Source of the DNA: an uncultured Polaromonas sp.
Lineage (GTDB): Bacteria > Pseudomonadota > Gammaproteobacteria > Burkholderiales > Burkholderiaceae_C
Assembly: GCA_966112355.1 (NCBI GenBank)
Contig: CBHWCZ010000007.1
Span: 22,752 to 86,751 of the forward strand
Reading direction: 5' to 3'
DNA: 64,000 bases
The position numbers and the translations under genes were made by a program. The notes under the pieces were generated by a model that was not told the origin of the DNA, did no database searches, and saw only the letters and a program-made list of their open reading frames with translations. How positions within the stretch are numbered: the stretch's first letter is position 1; every line of letters begins with the position of its first letter. Shown in pieces: positions 18,070 to 27,822 of the stretch.

Positions 18070-18444
18070 ATGTTCAAAAGCGATACCTGCTGCACCTTGG
18101 TGCCCTACTTCGAAGTCGAGGAATCACAACTCGCCGCCTTCAAAGCACTCGGGCCTAAATTTGTCGAGAAGACACGCACGGAAGCGGGATGCGTGCACTA
18201 CGCGTTCTCTTACAGCGGCCACACAGCCCATTGCCGAGAAGGTTATGTCAACGCGGAAGCAGTTCTCGCACATCTCCAAAATGTCGGCGAGCTGCTTGGT
18301 GAGGCGCTCAAGATAGCCAAGATCACTCGACTCGAGGTCCATGCACCAGCAGCAGAGATCGAGAAACTCAAGGGTCCTATGGAGTCATTGAATCCGCAGT
18401 TCTTTGCCCTCGATCCAGGCATCCGACGCAGCAGCGAAGACTAA
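18070..18444 (+). CDS. ABM-domain putative monooxygenase
   Basis: GGAG RBS; TRTEAGCVHYAF ... REGY..AEAVLAH. Confidence 0.8.
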   Translation: MFKSDTCCTLVPYFEVEESQLAAFKALGPKFVEKTRTEAGCVHYAFSYSGHTAHCREGYVNAEAVLAHLQNVGELLGEALKIAKITRLEVHAPAAEIEKLKGPMESLNPQFFALDPGIRRSSED

Positions 18445-18470
18445 CCCATCAGTCCATCGGATCGCCCACG
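18441..18470 (+). other. Left half of an attC-like site (truncated)
   Basis: ctaacccatcagtcca is 15/16 identical to 6062-6077 of attC1 and contains the ORF stop; no matching GTTRRRY follows. Confidence 0.6.
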
Positions 18471-18506
18471 CCAAATCGAAAGGCTCACAAGCGGTCATTT
18501 AACTGC

Positions 18507-18540
18507 GGCCGCTTCTGGCCCGATTACGGCTGCCGAGACA
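18507..18540 (+). repeat. Cargo hairpin motif copy H3
   Basis: ggccgcttctggcccgattacggctgccgagaca; preceded by aagcggtcatt. Confidence 0.8.
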
Positions 18541-18708
18541 TTGCGGACGTTATCCGCTTCAGTAATTTCACATTTTCATCGTCGGTTCCCTTGATTTGGG
18601 CGATGAGGCGGTCCCTCCCGACGGCGATTTCAGCGGCTACAAGCGCACAGTAAACTGAGACGGCCGAATTGCGGCTAATTACAAAAGACAATGAGAAGGA
18701 GACAAGCC

Positions 18709-20094
18709 ATGAAGCGACGATGTTTTGTTGCAGCTGCCGCGCTGCTGCTGGGCGCATGTTCAACCCCGTCGGGGCCGCCCGCAACTCAGTCGGGCCTAGC
18801 CTCGGCCTCGGAGCGGTGGATCGCGACTTGGGCGGCCCCTGCGGTCGCCCGACTCGACCAACCAACGCAGACTCTTTCAGCGGCGGCGCTCGCCTATCCA
18901 TGGGCGCGTGATGTGCCGGCCGCCGTCGATGCGGCGGGAATTGGCTCGCAGCCGCTGCCGGTGGGGGGTATGTCTCCACTCCACTTCAAAGACCAGACCC
19001 TGCGACAAATCGCTCGCGTTTCGGTGGGGGGTACACGCGTGCGTGTCGTGTTATCCAACAGCCTCGGTACCTCGCCACTGCGCATCGGGGCTGCGCAAGT
19101 GGCGCTTAGGGATACAGGGGCCAGCATCGTCGCGGGCTCCAACCGAGTATTAACCTTCGGCGGTATTTCCCAGCCAGTGGTGCCGGCTGGCGCTTTGATG
19201 GTCAGCGATCCGGTGGATCTCGCAGTGAAGGACTTTGGCGACCTGGCGATTGATCTGCACCTGCCAGACGACACGTCCACATGGAAATCTCCGGTAACGG
19301 TTCACCCTGCCTCCTGGCAAGTTAACTATGTATCGTCACAGGGAAACTACATTGGCGCGACGCGCTTCCCAGTGATGGCCACGACGGCCTATCGCCGCAG
19401 CGACGGCCTTGCCTCAGCTTCATCGTTCTTCCTTGCCCGCGTCGAGGTTGTCGCAGCGCCGCCAACAGGCGTGCTGGTAGCGTTTGGCGACTCCATTACC
19501 GATGGCACGCAGTCCGGAATCGATGCGAATCGCCGTTGGCCAGATCTGCTAAATACTCGTCTTCATACAGCTGGCACGAGGCTAAGCGTGGTGAACGGTG
19601 GGATCGGAGGCGGCCGCGTGCTGGAGGATGGCGTCGGACCGAATGCGCTGGCCCGCTTCGACCGGGACGTTCTCGCCCAGCCGGGTGTCACTCATGTCAC
19701 GGTGCTCGAAGGGGTCAACGATATTCGGGCAGGTGGCACCAAACCATCACCGACCGTTGCCGACCTTATTGCCGGGCATCGACAACTGATTGACCGCGCA
19801 CACGCCCGCGGCTTGCGCGTTTTCGGTGGAACGGTACTTCCCTTTGAAGGTGACTCAAACTGGACCCCTGAGGGTGAGGCTAAACGCCAAGCGCTGAACG
19901 ACTGGATTCGTAAGAGTGGCGCCTACGACGCCGTGCTGGACTTCGATCGCGTGGTGCTCGACCCCGCGCGGCCGACTCGTATGCAAGCCGAGTTTGACTC
20001 TGGTGACCACCTGCATCCCGCGCCGGCTGGCTACCGGGCTATGGCCGACAGCATTGATCTGAACCTGTTCCGTCCGGGAGTGCTGGCAAAGTAG
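18709..20094 (+). CDS. SGNH/GDSL hydrolase lipoprotein
   Basis: Lipobox LLGAC; FGDSITDG, NGGIGG, LEGVND, DHLHP. Confidence 0.9.
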   Translation: MKRRCFVAAAALLLGACSTPSGPPATQSGLASASERWIATWAAPAVARLDQPTQTLSAAALAYPWARDVPAAVDAAGIGSQPLPVGGMSPLHFKDQTLRQIARVSVGGTRVRVVLSNSLGTSPLRIGAAQVALRDTGASIVAGSNRVLTFGGISQPVVPAGALMVSDPVDLAVKDFGDLAIDLHLPDDTSTWKSPVTVHPASWQVNYVSSQGNYIGATRFPVMATTAYRRSDGLASASSFFLARVEVVAAPPTGVLVAFGDSITDGTQSGIDANRRWPDLLNTRLHTAGTRLSVVNGGIGGGRVLEDGVGPNALARFDRDVLAQPGVTHVTVLEGVNDIRAGGTKPSPTVADLIAGHRQLIDRAHARGLRVFGGTVLPFEGDSNWTPEGEAKRQALNDWIRKSGAYDAVLDFDRVVLDPARPTRMQAEFDSGDHLHPAPAGYRAMADSIDLNLFRPGVLAK

Positions 20095-20158
20095 TCCAAT
20101 TAATGGGCACGTAGACTTTCGCGAGTCTCGTGCCCAACCCGTTACCGGTCATTCGCGT

Positions 20159-20188
20159 ATGTCGGCTTCTGGCTACGAAAGCGGACAC
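20159..20188 (+). repeat. Cargo hairpin motif copy H4
   Basis: atgtcggcttctggctacgaaagcggacac, preceded by ggtcattcg. Confidence 0.8.
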
Positions 20189-20334
20189 GGGTCAGCGTCA
20201 ATGATTTGATCAGTTTGCGCCAGAAACTAGCCGGCAAGATCAATGGATTAGATGCGCTCTAGACCGGGGCGGGCCTGATCGGCAGTCTTTTGTTTAAAGG
20301 CAATTTCTTGAATACTAGCAGAGGGGTGTAGGCC

Positions 20335-23025
20335 ATGGGGACTGTCGATAGCCAGATTCGTAGCGCTGCAGAGGCGATCTCACGCAATATCCAGATGCTG
20401 GGTGAGCAGCGTGGATTGCTGTCGCAGAACGTTCTTGCTCAAATTCGGAACCTGATTGAAGGAACGCTAGTTCGCCTCCACTCTCGGTCCGCTACCAACG
20501 AGTTCCATTACGATGCGGTCGAGCCAGCATTGGCCTTTGTGAAGGGCATTGCAAAGTTCAGCTACTTGGCGAAATTTCACAAGCTAGTACAGAAGAGCGC
20601 GTCGCACTACACCCTTGACGAGGACGCCTCCGAACGCTTGATGCTCAAGTATTACGAATACCTGCATCGCATGCGGCGCTCACTCCATGACGATTGCGGG
20701 ATGGCCGTACTGGAAAACCTCGAAGATTTCCCAGTAAACCTCGACCCGTCTCTGCGCGAATATCACAAGGCGATCGCGCAGCGAGTCGACAATTCACGTC
20801 TGGCAGGCGATAACGCTTGGAACGCAAGGTACTATATTCACAAGACGCGGCCGTTTTTTGTTGGTGGCCGCATCTACTACGAGGTCACCTGCTACCTTGC
20901 GGTGAACAAGGTCAGCAAATTTGATCGAATCATTGCTTTCACTGACATCGATATCACCGACAACTATGCGGCGATGCTCGTATTGCATCGCGACTCAATT
21001 CAGGTGCTTGATCGTTCTATGCCGATCACGATCATACAGGCGTGGTCAGTGTCAGTGCGGCCATGCGAGTTCGAAAACTTTGCGCGACTTCTTGGCGAGA
21101 CCATATCCGTTCGAACGACCTCCCCTGAGTACCTGAATCTCATGCGCTGGCTGACTGTTAGCGGTGGCAGCTTGGTGGACTTGGTGGAGATGAGCGACGA
21201 CGCATATGCGGCCATGTACCAAGCGCATGCTACAGGCGCTGCGAAGCTGCAGATATTTCCACTGTTGGATAAGTCCCGTCGGATCATCCGCTCCGGGGCC
21301 ACTGGTCAGAACGTGTTGCGCTACGTCTTGCTTCGTTTGTATAACCAGATCATCAAGCAGCTCCACTCTTGGGATGCATGCAACCGCCTCTCAAACCTCA
21401 AACTCACCTGGGGTTGCATTCCTTTCGAAGAGATGCCCTTTTGCACTTCGCTTCCGGGTCATAACCCGCGATTCTGGGATTTGATCGAAAGCTTGGATGC
21501 CACGGGTCGCACACACGAGTTGCTTGCACGCCGTGTCCGTACAAATGTGGAAAGCCACGGGATTCTTTACACCGCAGTCGCCGACCTTAAGCAGTTCGTA
21601 GAGATCCCTGATCTGATCGCCACCTACAACGGGCGCCTTTACTTCAAACACACGCATCGTCACCTCGTGCTTGAGATGGATCATGTGTTCATTCGCGGCT
21701 ATGAGGACCAGACTGTTGAGATCGTCAAAAAGTTGCAGCAATCTGCAGCGTCCAGAATTGATGGGTATACGCAGGCAGTCGAGCGGTGGCTGGGCGATGC
21801 CTCGCGGGGCATTGATGATTTGATCAAACAGGACGCATTGAAGAAGTTGTTCAGTCAATCGCGCGTCGCTCTGATTTACGGGGCCGCAGGTACGGGAAAA
21901 TCCACGATGGTGAACCACATTGCGGACTATTTCAACGACAAGCAGAAACTGTTTCTCGCCCACACTCACCCAGCTGTCGACAATCTCAAACGGAGAGTGA
22001 GCGCGCAGAACTCTGAATTTCGAACGATCAGTAGCCAGACTCGTAGGAAGTCAGTCGGGACAGACTATGACCTTGTAGTCATCGACGAATGCAGCACCGT
22101 CTCGAACTCTGACATGCTGGCGGTCCTTGCCAGCACGTCGTTCAAACTCCTGGTGCTCGTTGGCGACGTCTATCAGATCCAGGCTATTCAGTTTGGCAAC
22201 TGGTTCGGGATCATTCGCTCTTTCATCCCGACTGAATCAGTGTTCGAGCTCACGACCCCTTACAGGGCAAAGAGCGCGTCTCTCGTGTCGTTCTGGGACA
22301 AGGTGAGGCGCATAGAGGACGACATTGCCGAATCAATGGTCAAGAGCCACTACACCACTGTGCTGGACAGGACGCTTTTTGAACCCCTGCGAAATGACGA
22401 AATAATCTTGTGCCTGAATTACGATGGTCTTTATGGCATCAACAACGTCAATCGTTTCTTGCAGAGCGGCAACGACGGGGACGCCACGATATGGCGTACG
22501 CAGACCTACAAGGTCGGTGACCCTGTGCTCTTCAACGAGATCGAGCGATTCCGTCCGGTCATCTATAACAATCTGAAGGGCCGAATCGTCGAGATTCAAG
22601 CGGCAGCAGGGCAGATTCACTTCGATGTTGAATTGGATCGGCCGTTATCAGAGTTCGATGTGGATGGGGACGAGCTTCAGTGGATAGGTGGATCTACCGT
22701 TCGCTTCGCCGTCTACGAGAAGGACGCGAGCGATGAAGATGACGATTCGATCAATACGACCGTGCCTTTTCAAGTCGCGTATGCGGTGTCAATTCACAAG
22801 GCTCAGGGACTTGAGTACGACTCGGTGAAGATTGTTATTACCGATGCGAACGAGGATGCAGTCACTCACAGCATCTTTTACACGGCTATTACGCGAGCGC
22901 GCGAGAGACTGCGAATCTTTTGGACACCCGAGACCCAACAGACGGTGCTCGCTCGTCTTGCGAGGCGCGAAAGCAGAAAAGATGTCCAGCTCCTTGTGAA
23001 ACGAACAGGGCTGACGCCGGTGTGA
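20335..23025 (+). CDS. SF1B (RecD-like) DNA helicase with long N-terminal region
   Basis: GAAGTGKST, IDECS, VGDVYQI, SIHKAQGLEY, YTAITRAR. Confidence 0.88.
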   Translation: MGTVDSQIRSAAEAISRNIQMLGEQRGLLSQNVLAQIRNLIEGTLVRLHSRSATNEFHYDAVEPALAFVKGIAKFSYLAKFHKLVQKSASHYTLDEDASERLMLKYYEYLHRMRRSLHDDCGMAVLENLEDFPVNLDPSLREYHKAIAQRVDNSRLAGDNAWNARYYIHKTRPFFVGGRIYYEVTCYLAVNKVSKFDRIIAFTDIDITDNYAAMLVLHRDSIQVLDRSMPITIIQAWSVSVRPCEFENFARLLGETISVRTTSPEYLNLMRWLTVSGGSLVDLVEMSDDAYAAMYQAHATGAAKLQIFPLLDKSRRIIRSGATGQNVLRYVLLRLYNQIIKQLHSWDACNRLSNLKLTWGCIPFEEMPFCTSLPGHNPRFWDLIESLDATGRTHELLARRVRTNVESHGILYTAVADLKQFVEIPDLIATYNGRLYFKHTHRHLVLEMDHVFIRGYEDQTVEIVKKLQQSAASRIDGYTQAVERWLGDASRGIDDLIKQDALKKLFSQSRVALIYGAAGTGKSTMVNHIADYFNDKQKLFLAHTHPAVDNLKRRVSAQNSEFRTISSQTRRKSVGTDYDLVVIDECSTVSNSDMLAVLASTSFKLLVLVGDVYQIQAIQFGNWFGIIRSFIPTESVFELTTPYRAKSASLVSFWDKVRRIEDDIAESMVKSHYTTVLDRTLFEPLRNDEIILCLNYDGLYGINNVNRFLQSGNDGDATIWRTQTYKVGDPVLFNEIERFRPVIYNNLKGRIVEIQAAAGQIHFDVELDRPLSEFDVDGDELQWIGGSTVRFAVYEKDASDEDDDSINTTVPFQVAYAVSIHKAQGLEYDSVKIVITDANEDAVTHSIFYTAITRARERLRIFWTPETQQTVLARLARRESRKDVQLLVKRTGLTPV

Positions 23026-23079
23026 ACAAAAGGCAGAGGAGTCCAGCTCAGATTTTCCTCAGAGTATCTCGAAGAGGTG

Positions 23080-23106
23080 GTCTGCTTTTGGCCCGATAGC
23101 GGACAC
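23080..23106 (+). repeat. Cargo hairpin motif copy H5
   Basis: gtctgcttttggcccgatagcggacac. Confidence 0.8.
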
Positions 23107-23180
23107 TCTCTGGTTGGCATTTAATAACCGTTGTGCAGCAGTAGCGGCCACCTGGCGAGTCGGGTCGCTTCTGTAGGAAC

Positions 23181-23438
23181 TCAGCGCCGTTTTATCTGCC
23201 GGTTTAATTGATCCAAACTACCAAGTCCCAGCTTCTCCATCGCATCGTCACCGCTTATCTCACCTGCCTCATACAAATCCAGTATCTCCAGGCGTTCATA
23301 GTCCGGGCTGCCAAATTCTCTTCCTACAGGTGCTACGTCGAGCCATGCTTGCTCTTCAGCGGACCACGGCCAGACTTTTCGGTTGAACTGGCCATGACGC
23401 AGCTGGCTAATCCGACGCTTATTCTTTCGGATGCTCAT
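23181..23438 (-). CDS. Small hypothetical protein
   Basis: 85-aa ORF with upstream gagagagcc; plausible composition (WLDVAPVGREFGSPDY). Confidence 0.55.
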   Translation of the reverse strand: MSIRKNKRRISQLRHGQFNRKVWPWSAEEQAWLDVAPVGREFGSPDYERLEILDLYEAGEISGDDAMEKLGLGSLDQLNRQIKRR

Positions 23439-23638
23439 CAGGCTCTCTCTCTTTGCTAGGGGACATATTCGCAGTCAGCTGAGATTTTTACTGACATCCC
23501 TTGGTCCTTGACCAGTTCGACCGCTCAGCGTTGAAGTCAAGACTGAGTTTCCTTCTTGTAACCATACACCGCCTCCAGTTTCATCGACCACCTCAACAAA
23601 GTGTCTATGAAACCGGCATCAACGGAATTTAATCCAAG

Positions 23639-23929
23639 TCAGAGCATCCTCACTCTATCGGCGACCGTAGGAATACTTTCGTATGGCAAGGTGTTGTCTT
23701 CCAGCAGTGCGCGCGCAGCTTCGCGCGGGACCAGCATCACCACCTGCTCGTTTGCGTGAGCGAGGGCCAGTAACGTAACGACAGTGAAATTTTGGTGCCC
23801 ACTGAGCGCTCTGCTTACACTTTGACGAGTCAGACCTGTTCGCGCAGCAAGATCCACATCGCTAGCGATCTTTCGACCGCGGCGAAGACTCTCGGCCAAG
23901 CTTTTTAGGGTATTCATTTGTGAATGCAA
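23639..23929 (-). CDS. XRE-like HTH protein
   Basis: DLAARTGLTRQSVSRALSG...TVVTLLALA. Confidence 0.7.
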   Translation of the reverse strand: MHSQMNTLKSLAESLRRGRKIASDVDLAARTGLTRQSVSRALSGHQNFTVVTLLALAHANEQVVMLVPREAARALLEDNTLPYESIPTVADRVRML

Positions 23930-24077
23930 GTAATGACTCTACTTCGGTGAAAAATAATGTTAATTATATTTAACATTTCTGCGATTTGTTAAATATATTT
24001 GACAAACCAAATGGGCGAGAAAACGTGCTGACCAGCACAGAGATCGCTGCCGAGGAGCCGACACCAGTCACTTACCA

Positions 24078-24110
24078 ATGTCCAGTTCTGGCCCGAAGGC
24101 CGTCGACACA
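24078..24110 (+). repeat. Cargo hairpin motif copy H6
   Basis: atgtccagttctggcccgaaggccgtcgacaca. Confidence 0.7.
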
Positions 24111-24528
24111 AAGACCACCTCCAGGACATTGATCCGACCGGCTGAATGCTGGCTTCGAAGATTACTAATCGACAGGGTCGCAGGCTAACTGAAATGCGGG
24201 GGGAGCCGGAATAGTTTCACTTACCTATGAAACGGTAGGGCACGACGAACTGGGGTGTGATCTTGTGCACGTGCTGCCGTGAGCATCAATTTTTCCTCTG
24301 TTGGTGCTGCCTGTCCTAGGCTACAGGCCAAGAATACTAGGCATCTATGAGCACAGCACCGCCTACCCCCAATTGGTTAGCGATGCTTGCGGGGGAGGTG
24401 CCGCCTCCCGAGCGTCGAGAGCGTATCCATGGCGCGGGAGAGTTGCTCGTCGGGCGCATGGTTCAAACCGATGTGCAGGCGAGTGACACCCTGATCGGAA
24501 GGGCTACGCTTTCAAAACGAACCCTATT

Positions 24529-24687
24529 TTGGAGCCCCTAGACTGCATTGAAAACCGCGATGCCGTTCTCAACGCTGACGGGACCCAGGCGGCCTGGCCA
24601 GCGGCTAGTGTTGTCGTCGGAAATCCTCCGTTTGTAGGCAGCAAGAAGATGAACAGGGAGCTCGGAAAAGAATACTCCGCAACCCTT
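24529..24687 (+). pseudogene. Internal fragment of an MmeI-like (type IIG/IIL) adenine methyltransferase
   Basis: LDCIENRDAV...WPAASVVVGNPPFVGSKKM.RELG.EY (NPPF motif IV); lacks both ends. Confidence 0.75.
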
Positions 24688-24811
24688 AGCGCCGGAAAGT
24701 GGTCGCTCAAACGTCAAATTGCCGCATATTGCTAGACGGGTACGCAGCAATTGCTGTCAGTCACAACTCAGTAAGGACGGTCGCAAGGAGCGCGCATCGG
24801 ATAGCTGAACC

Positions 24812-27790
24812 TCAGAACGTGACTCGCAGCCGCTTGGCGCGCTCTTGGAAGGCCCGCTTACCACCTTCCAGAATCGCGCATACCGTTTCGCGTATCGCCG
24901 ACTCTTCAAGGCCTCCAGACTGGTAATTCATACGCGGCAAGCGCCCGGGTTCATGACTACCGCAACTAGCGACGATTACCTGGTCAGCATCCGTGTTGAC
25001 GACAAGATTGGCGTTGTGCGTGACGATGATGACCTGGCGTCGAAGCTTTGCGCGCTGGAACTCCACAACAAGTTCGTCGTAGATCGACTGGGGATCGAGG
25101 TTTTCTTCGGGCTGGTCCACAATCAGTGGCCGGTCGTCCTGGGCGTCTACCGCCAAATACAAGAGCAACAGCACAATCCCTCGCGTGCCTGGGGACAGAC
25201 GCTCAATCGGGACACCGTCAAACTCCAAACCGTAACCGACAGAGATGTGCTCGGTGCCGAACAACCATGCCGAGACGGAGCGGGCCCACTCTTTGGGCTC
25301 GGCGTGATCTGGACGATGGACGCGAAGGTCCTTGCCGTAGGCAGCTACGAACTGCAGCAATGCTTCGCACGCGGCTGCGGCGTCGCCGGACTGCCAAGCT
25401 TCTAGCAGCGAAACTCCGGCGACCGCCCGAAGGCTACCCTTGCCTTTGAAGGGGCCTGCCGCACGCAGGTCTAGCAGGGCTTCGCCGGCTTCGCACCAAA
25501 CGTTTAGGTCGACATGCCGCCGAACGGTGAATGCCAACTTTGACAGTGAACCTTGCGCCTGCGAAATCTGGGCCTTCAGCGGCTGGTACAGCGCCTCCAG
25601 CGCGGCCTCTTCGTCCACCACGGCCTGGAACACACCGACATATGCTTCACGGCGCTGCTGCCGCAGGGAAGTGATCCTGTCGTCCGCCCCATTTGCCCGG
25701 CCGATCTCGGCGTCCATCTTGGCAAGTCCGATTTTTGCCGTGGACACCCGATCACTGATTAGCTTGAATCGCCGTGCGTTCTGTGCATCCAAGCCTATCA
25801 ATTGGCGTAGGCGGCCTAGTTCTCGCTCCAGCAGAGTCAAGGGATGTTTGGATAGGTCATCGGCTTCAGCAATCAGTGGCACGTTCGGGTCGGCCTGGGC
25901 ATCGTGCGCGGTCGTCGAGGCGTCACCTTCTAGGGTGCGCAGAGTCCGACGGATTTCTTGTTCAAGCTGGGTAAGGATCACGTCCACATCGCCAGCGAAT
26001 ACCAAGCGGAACCTCGCCCATTCGCCGACTGGCAACTCGGCTTCCTCGCGCTCCGTCTGCATTCTTTCAAGCATATCCGGCAGTACCCGCTCCCGCAAAT
26101 TTTTGACGTCGGCTGTCAGATGACGTAGAGCCTCCAGCCGGACCTTTGCCTTAAGTACTTGTGAGCGTTTAGTGTCGACTGCTTGCGATACAGCATCATG
26201 GCGCATGGCGCGGTCTGTATCCCCCTTAGGCATAAGCGCCTTCATGTCAGCCTCATCGTTCTGGAGGGCCTTCAACTTTTCGGTGCGGTCCTTTATCAGT
26301 GAGGCCAGCCCATCTTTCCTCGCTTGCTCGGCGGCCATGGCCTGTGACGCCCGCGAGATGGCATCGACCTGACGGACGCGGCTGGTCCTTGCGCCTTCCA
26401 GCCGGATTGCCAGCAACTCTTCGAACGAAGTGGCGTCCAGCCGATCTGCTTCCGAGTGCGCGTCGAAAACGACGCGCTCGATTTCCCGGAGCAACGGATC
26501 TTCCAAGCCCTCAGCTGAGCACAGTTGGTCCACGAATTGCTGGGACAGATATTGCACCTGTGGCGCGTCGACAAGATCCTCCATTTCCAAGCCCGAGAAG
26601 GAGTTTGAGGTCGTGTCCCCCGACTCCCAAAGCAGCTTAGCTTCGGACCCATTCAAATGGTCCGCGGCACGACGCAGAAAGGACTTATCGCTGAGGTGGG
26701 CGTAGACCGCGCAGCCACCCATTGCGATGAAATCAGCGAGAGCCGTCTTGCCCGATCCACGCGCGCCGATAATGGCGATGAGGCCAGGGTTCAACTCAAT
26801 GGACGAGGGCGACATCCATGGCGCTTGGCTCACGGTGACCGAGCGGATGACATTGCTAGGCAGAGCGCCTCTCGGTGGCTCAGCACCGATGAAGACGCGG
26901 CCTTCCGGGTTCATGCAGGCCTGGCGTAGGGTTTCGAAGCTCGAAGCGCCTTTGAGCCAGCAGTACCTATTCAGCGCAGGCTTGCCGACCTTCTCGTATC
27001 CATGTGCATCAGAGCCGTGCAAGCAAGGCTTAGGCCCACCCCATTTTGCATTCAGCTCTGCCAGTGAAACAGCGCCTTTGCCTTGGTAGAAGGCCGCTTG
27101 CTTGGGGTTACCACTGAAGATTATGTGGGCGAAGCCTTCGATGTTAGTGCGCGTTGCAGAAAATGACGACGACTCGTCGCGCAGCCCCGATGTGCCGTCG
27201 CGTTCACCAGCAGCGACCGCAATCAGACAATTGCTGCGGAGCCAGTCGCTCCCCTCCCAAGTCTGACGCAGATCCTCGAAGTCGATCTTGAACTGGTTAA
27301 CCCCTGCCGTAAGCGCTGCGCCGTTGTCGACAATGGACGGATCATGCGCGCGTCCGAGCCGGATTAGTTCCGACCGCTCACAACGGAACTCATCGCGCAG
27401 GTAACGAAATTTGAATCCGGCCATTAAGCGCCGGATGCGCTCCATATGGTCGTCTGCCTCAGGCGAGAACAGGAGATGGGCATTGATGGCCGCGTTGCTG
27501 GAGGTGCCGATCGATAGCCGGATCTCAACGTTGGGCAACAGCAGTTCAACGCCAGGCAGGCGGCCCCCTGCCTGCACAGCCAGGGCCGTTTCGTAAGTGT
27601 CGATAAGGAAGTAATCAGTGATGCCCAATACCTTGATCGCCGGTTCATGCTGGTTGACTCGATTACAAAAATCTGCCCATGGATCGTCTCCCGAAAATTG
27701 ATCGTTCATCGCGGTACCGGGAGCATGGATATGGGGATCCCAGCGCTGCCACAACGAGCCGCGGGTCTTGTCCGATGCGACGTCTTTCAT
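24812..27790 (-). CDS. PHP-domain + ABC/SMC-type ATPase (TrlF/Ppl-like)
   Basis: WDPHIHAPG, GITDYF, GSDAH; Walker A GARGSGKT; coiled coil; LSPG signature, VDQPEENLD, VTHNAN. Confidence 0.85.
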   Translation of the reverse strand: MKDVASDKTRGSLWQRWDPHIHAPGTAMNDQFSGDDPWADFCNRVNQHEPAIKVLGITDYFLIDTYETALAVQAGGRLPGVELLLPNVEIRLSIGTSSNAAINAHLLFSPEADDHMERIRRLMAGFKFRYLRDEFRCERSELIRLGRAHDPSIVDNGAALTAGVNQFKIDFEDLRQTWEGSDWLRSNCLIAVAAGERDGTSGLRDESSSFSATRTNIEGFAHIIFSGNPKQAAFYQGKGAVSLAELNAKWGGPKPCLHGSDAHGYEKVGKPALNRYCWLKGASSFETLRQACMNPEGRVFIGAEPPRGALPSNVIRSVTVSQAPWMSPSSIELNPGLIAIIGARGSGKTALADFIAMGGCAVYAHLSDKSFLRRAADHLNGSEAKLLWESGDTTSNSFSGLEMEDLVDAPQVQYLSQQFVDQLCSAEGLEDPLLREIERVVFDAHSEADRLDATSFEELLAIRLEGARTSRVRQVDAISRASQAMAAEQARKDGLASLIKDRTEKLKALQNDEADMKALMPKGDTDRAMRHDAVSQAVDTKRSQVLKAKVRLEALRHLTADVKNLRERVLPDMLERMQTEREEAELPVGEWARFRLVFAGDVDVILTQLEQEIRRTLRTLEGDASTTAHDAQADPNVPLIAEADDLSKHPLTLLERELGRLRQLIGLDAQNARRFKLISDRVSTAKIGLAKMDAEIGRANGADDRITSLRQQRREAYVGVFQAVVDEEAALEALYQPLKAQISQAQGSLSKLAFTVRRHVDLNVWCEAGEALLDLRAAGPFKGKGSLRAVAGVSLLEAWQSGDAAAACEALLQFVAAYGKDLRVHRPDHAEPKEWARSVSAWLFGTEHISVGYGLEFDGVPIERLSPGTRGIVLLLLYLAVDAQDDRPLIVDQPEENLDPQSIYDELVVEFQRAKLRRQVIIVTHNANLVVNTDADQVIVASCGSHEPGRLPRMNYQSGGLEESAIRETVCAILEGGKRAFQERAKRLRVTF

Positions 27791-27822
27791 CTTCCACTCC
27801 TCTTCTCTCGACGTATGACCAC

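Noticed and set aside
7684-24110. Hairpin sites as CRISPR repeats, attC or dif sites
   Set aside because: Spacing is 0.6-10 kb, there are no RYYYAAC/GTTRRRY cores, and there is no resemblance to XerC/XerD arms.
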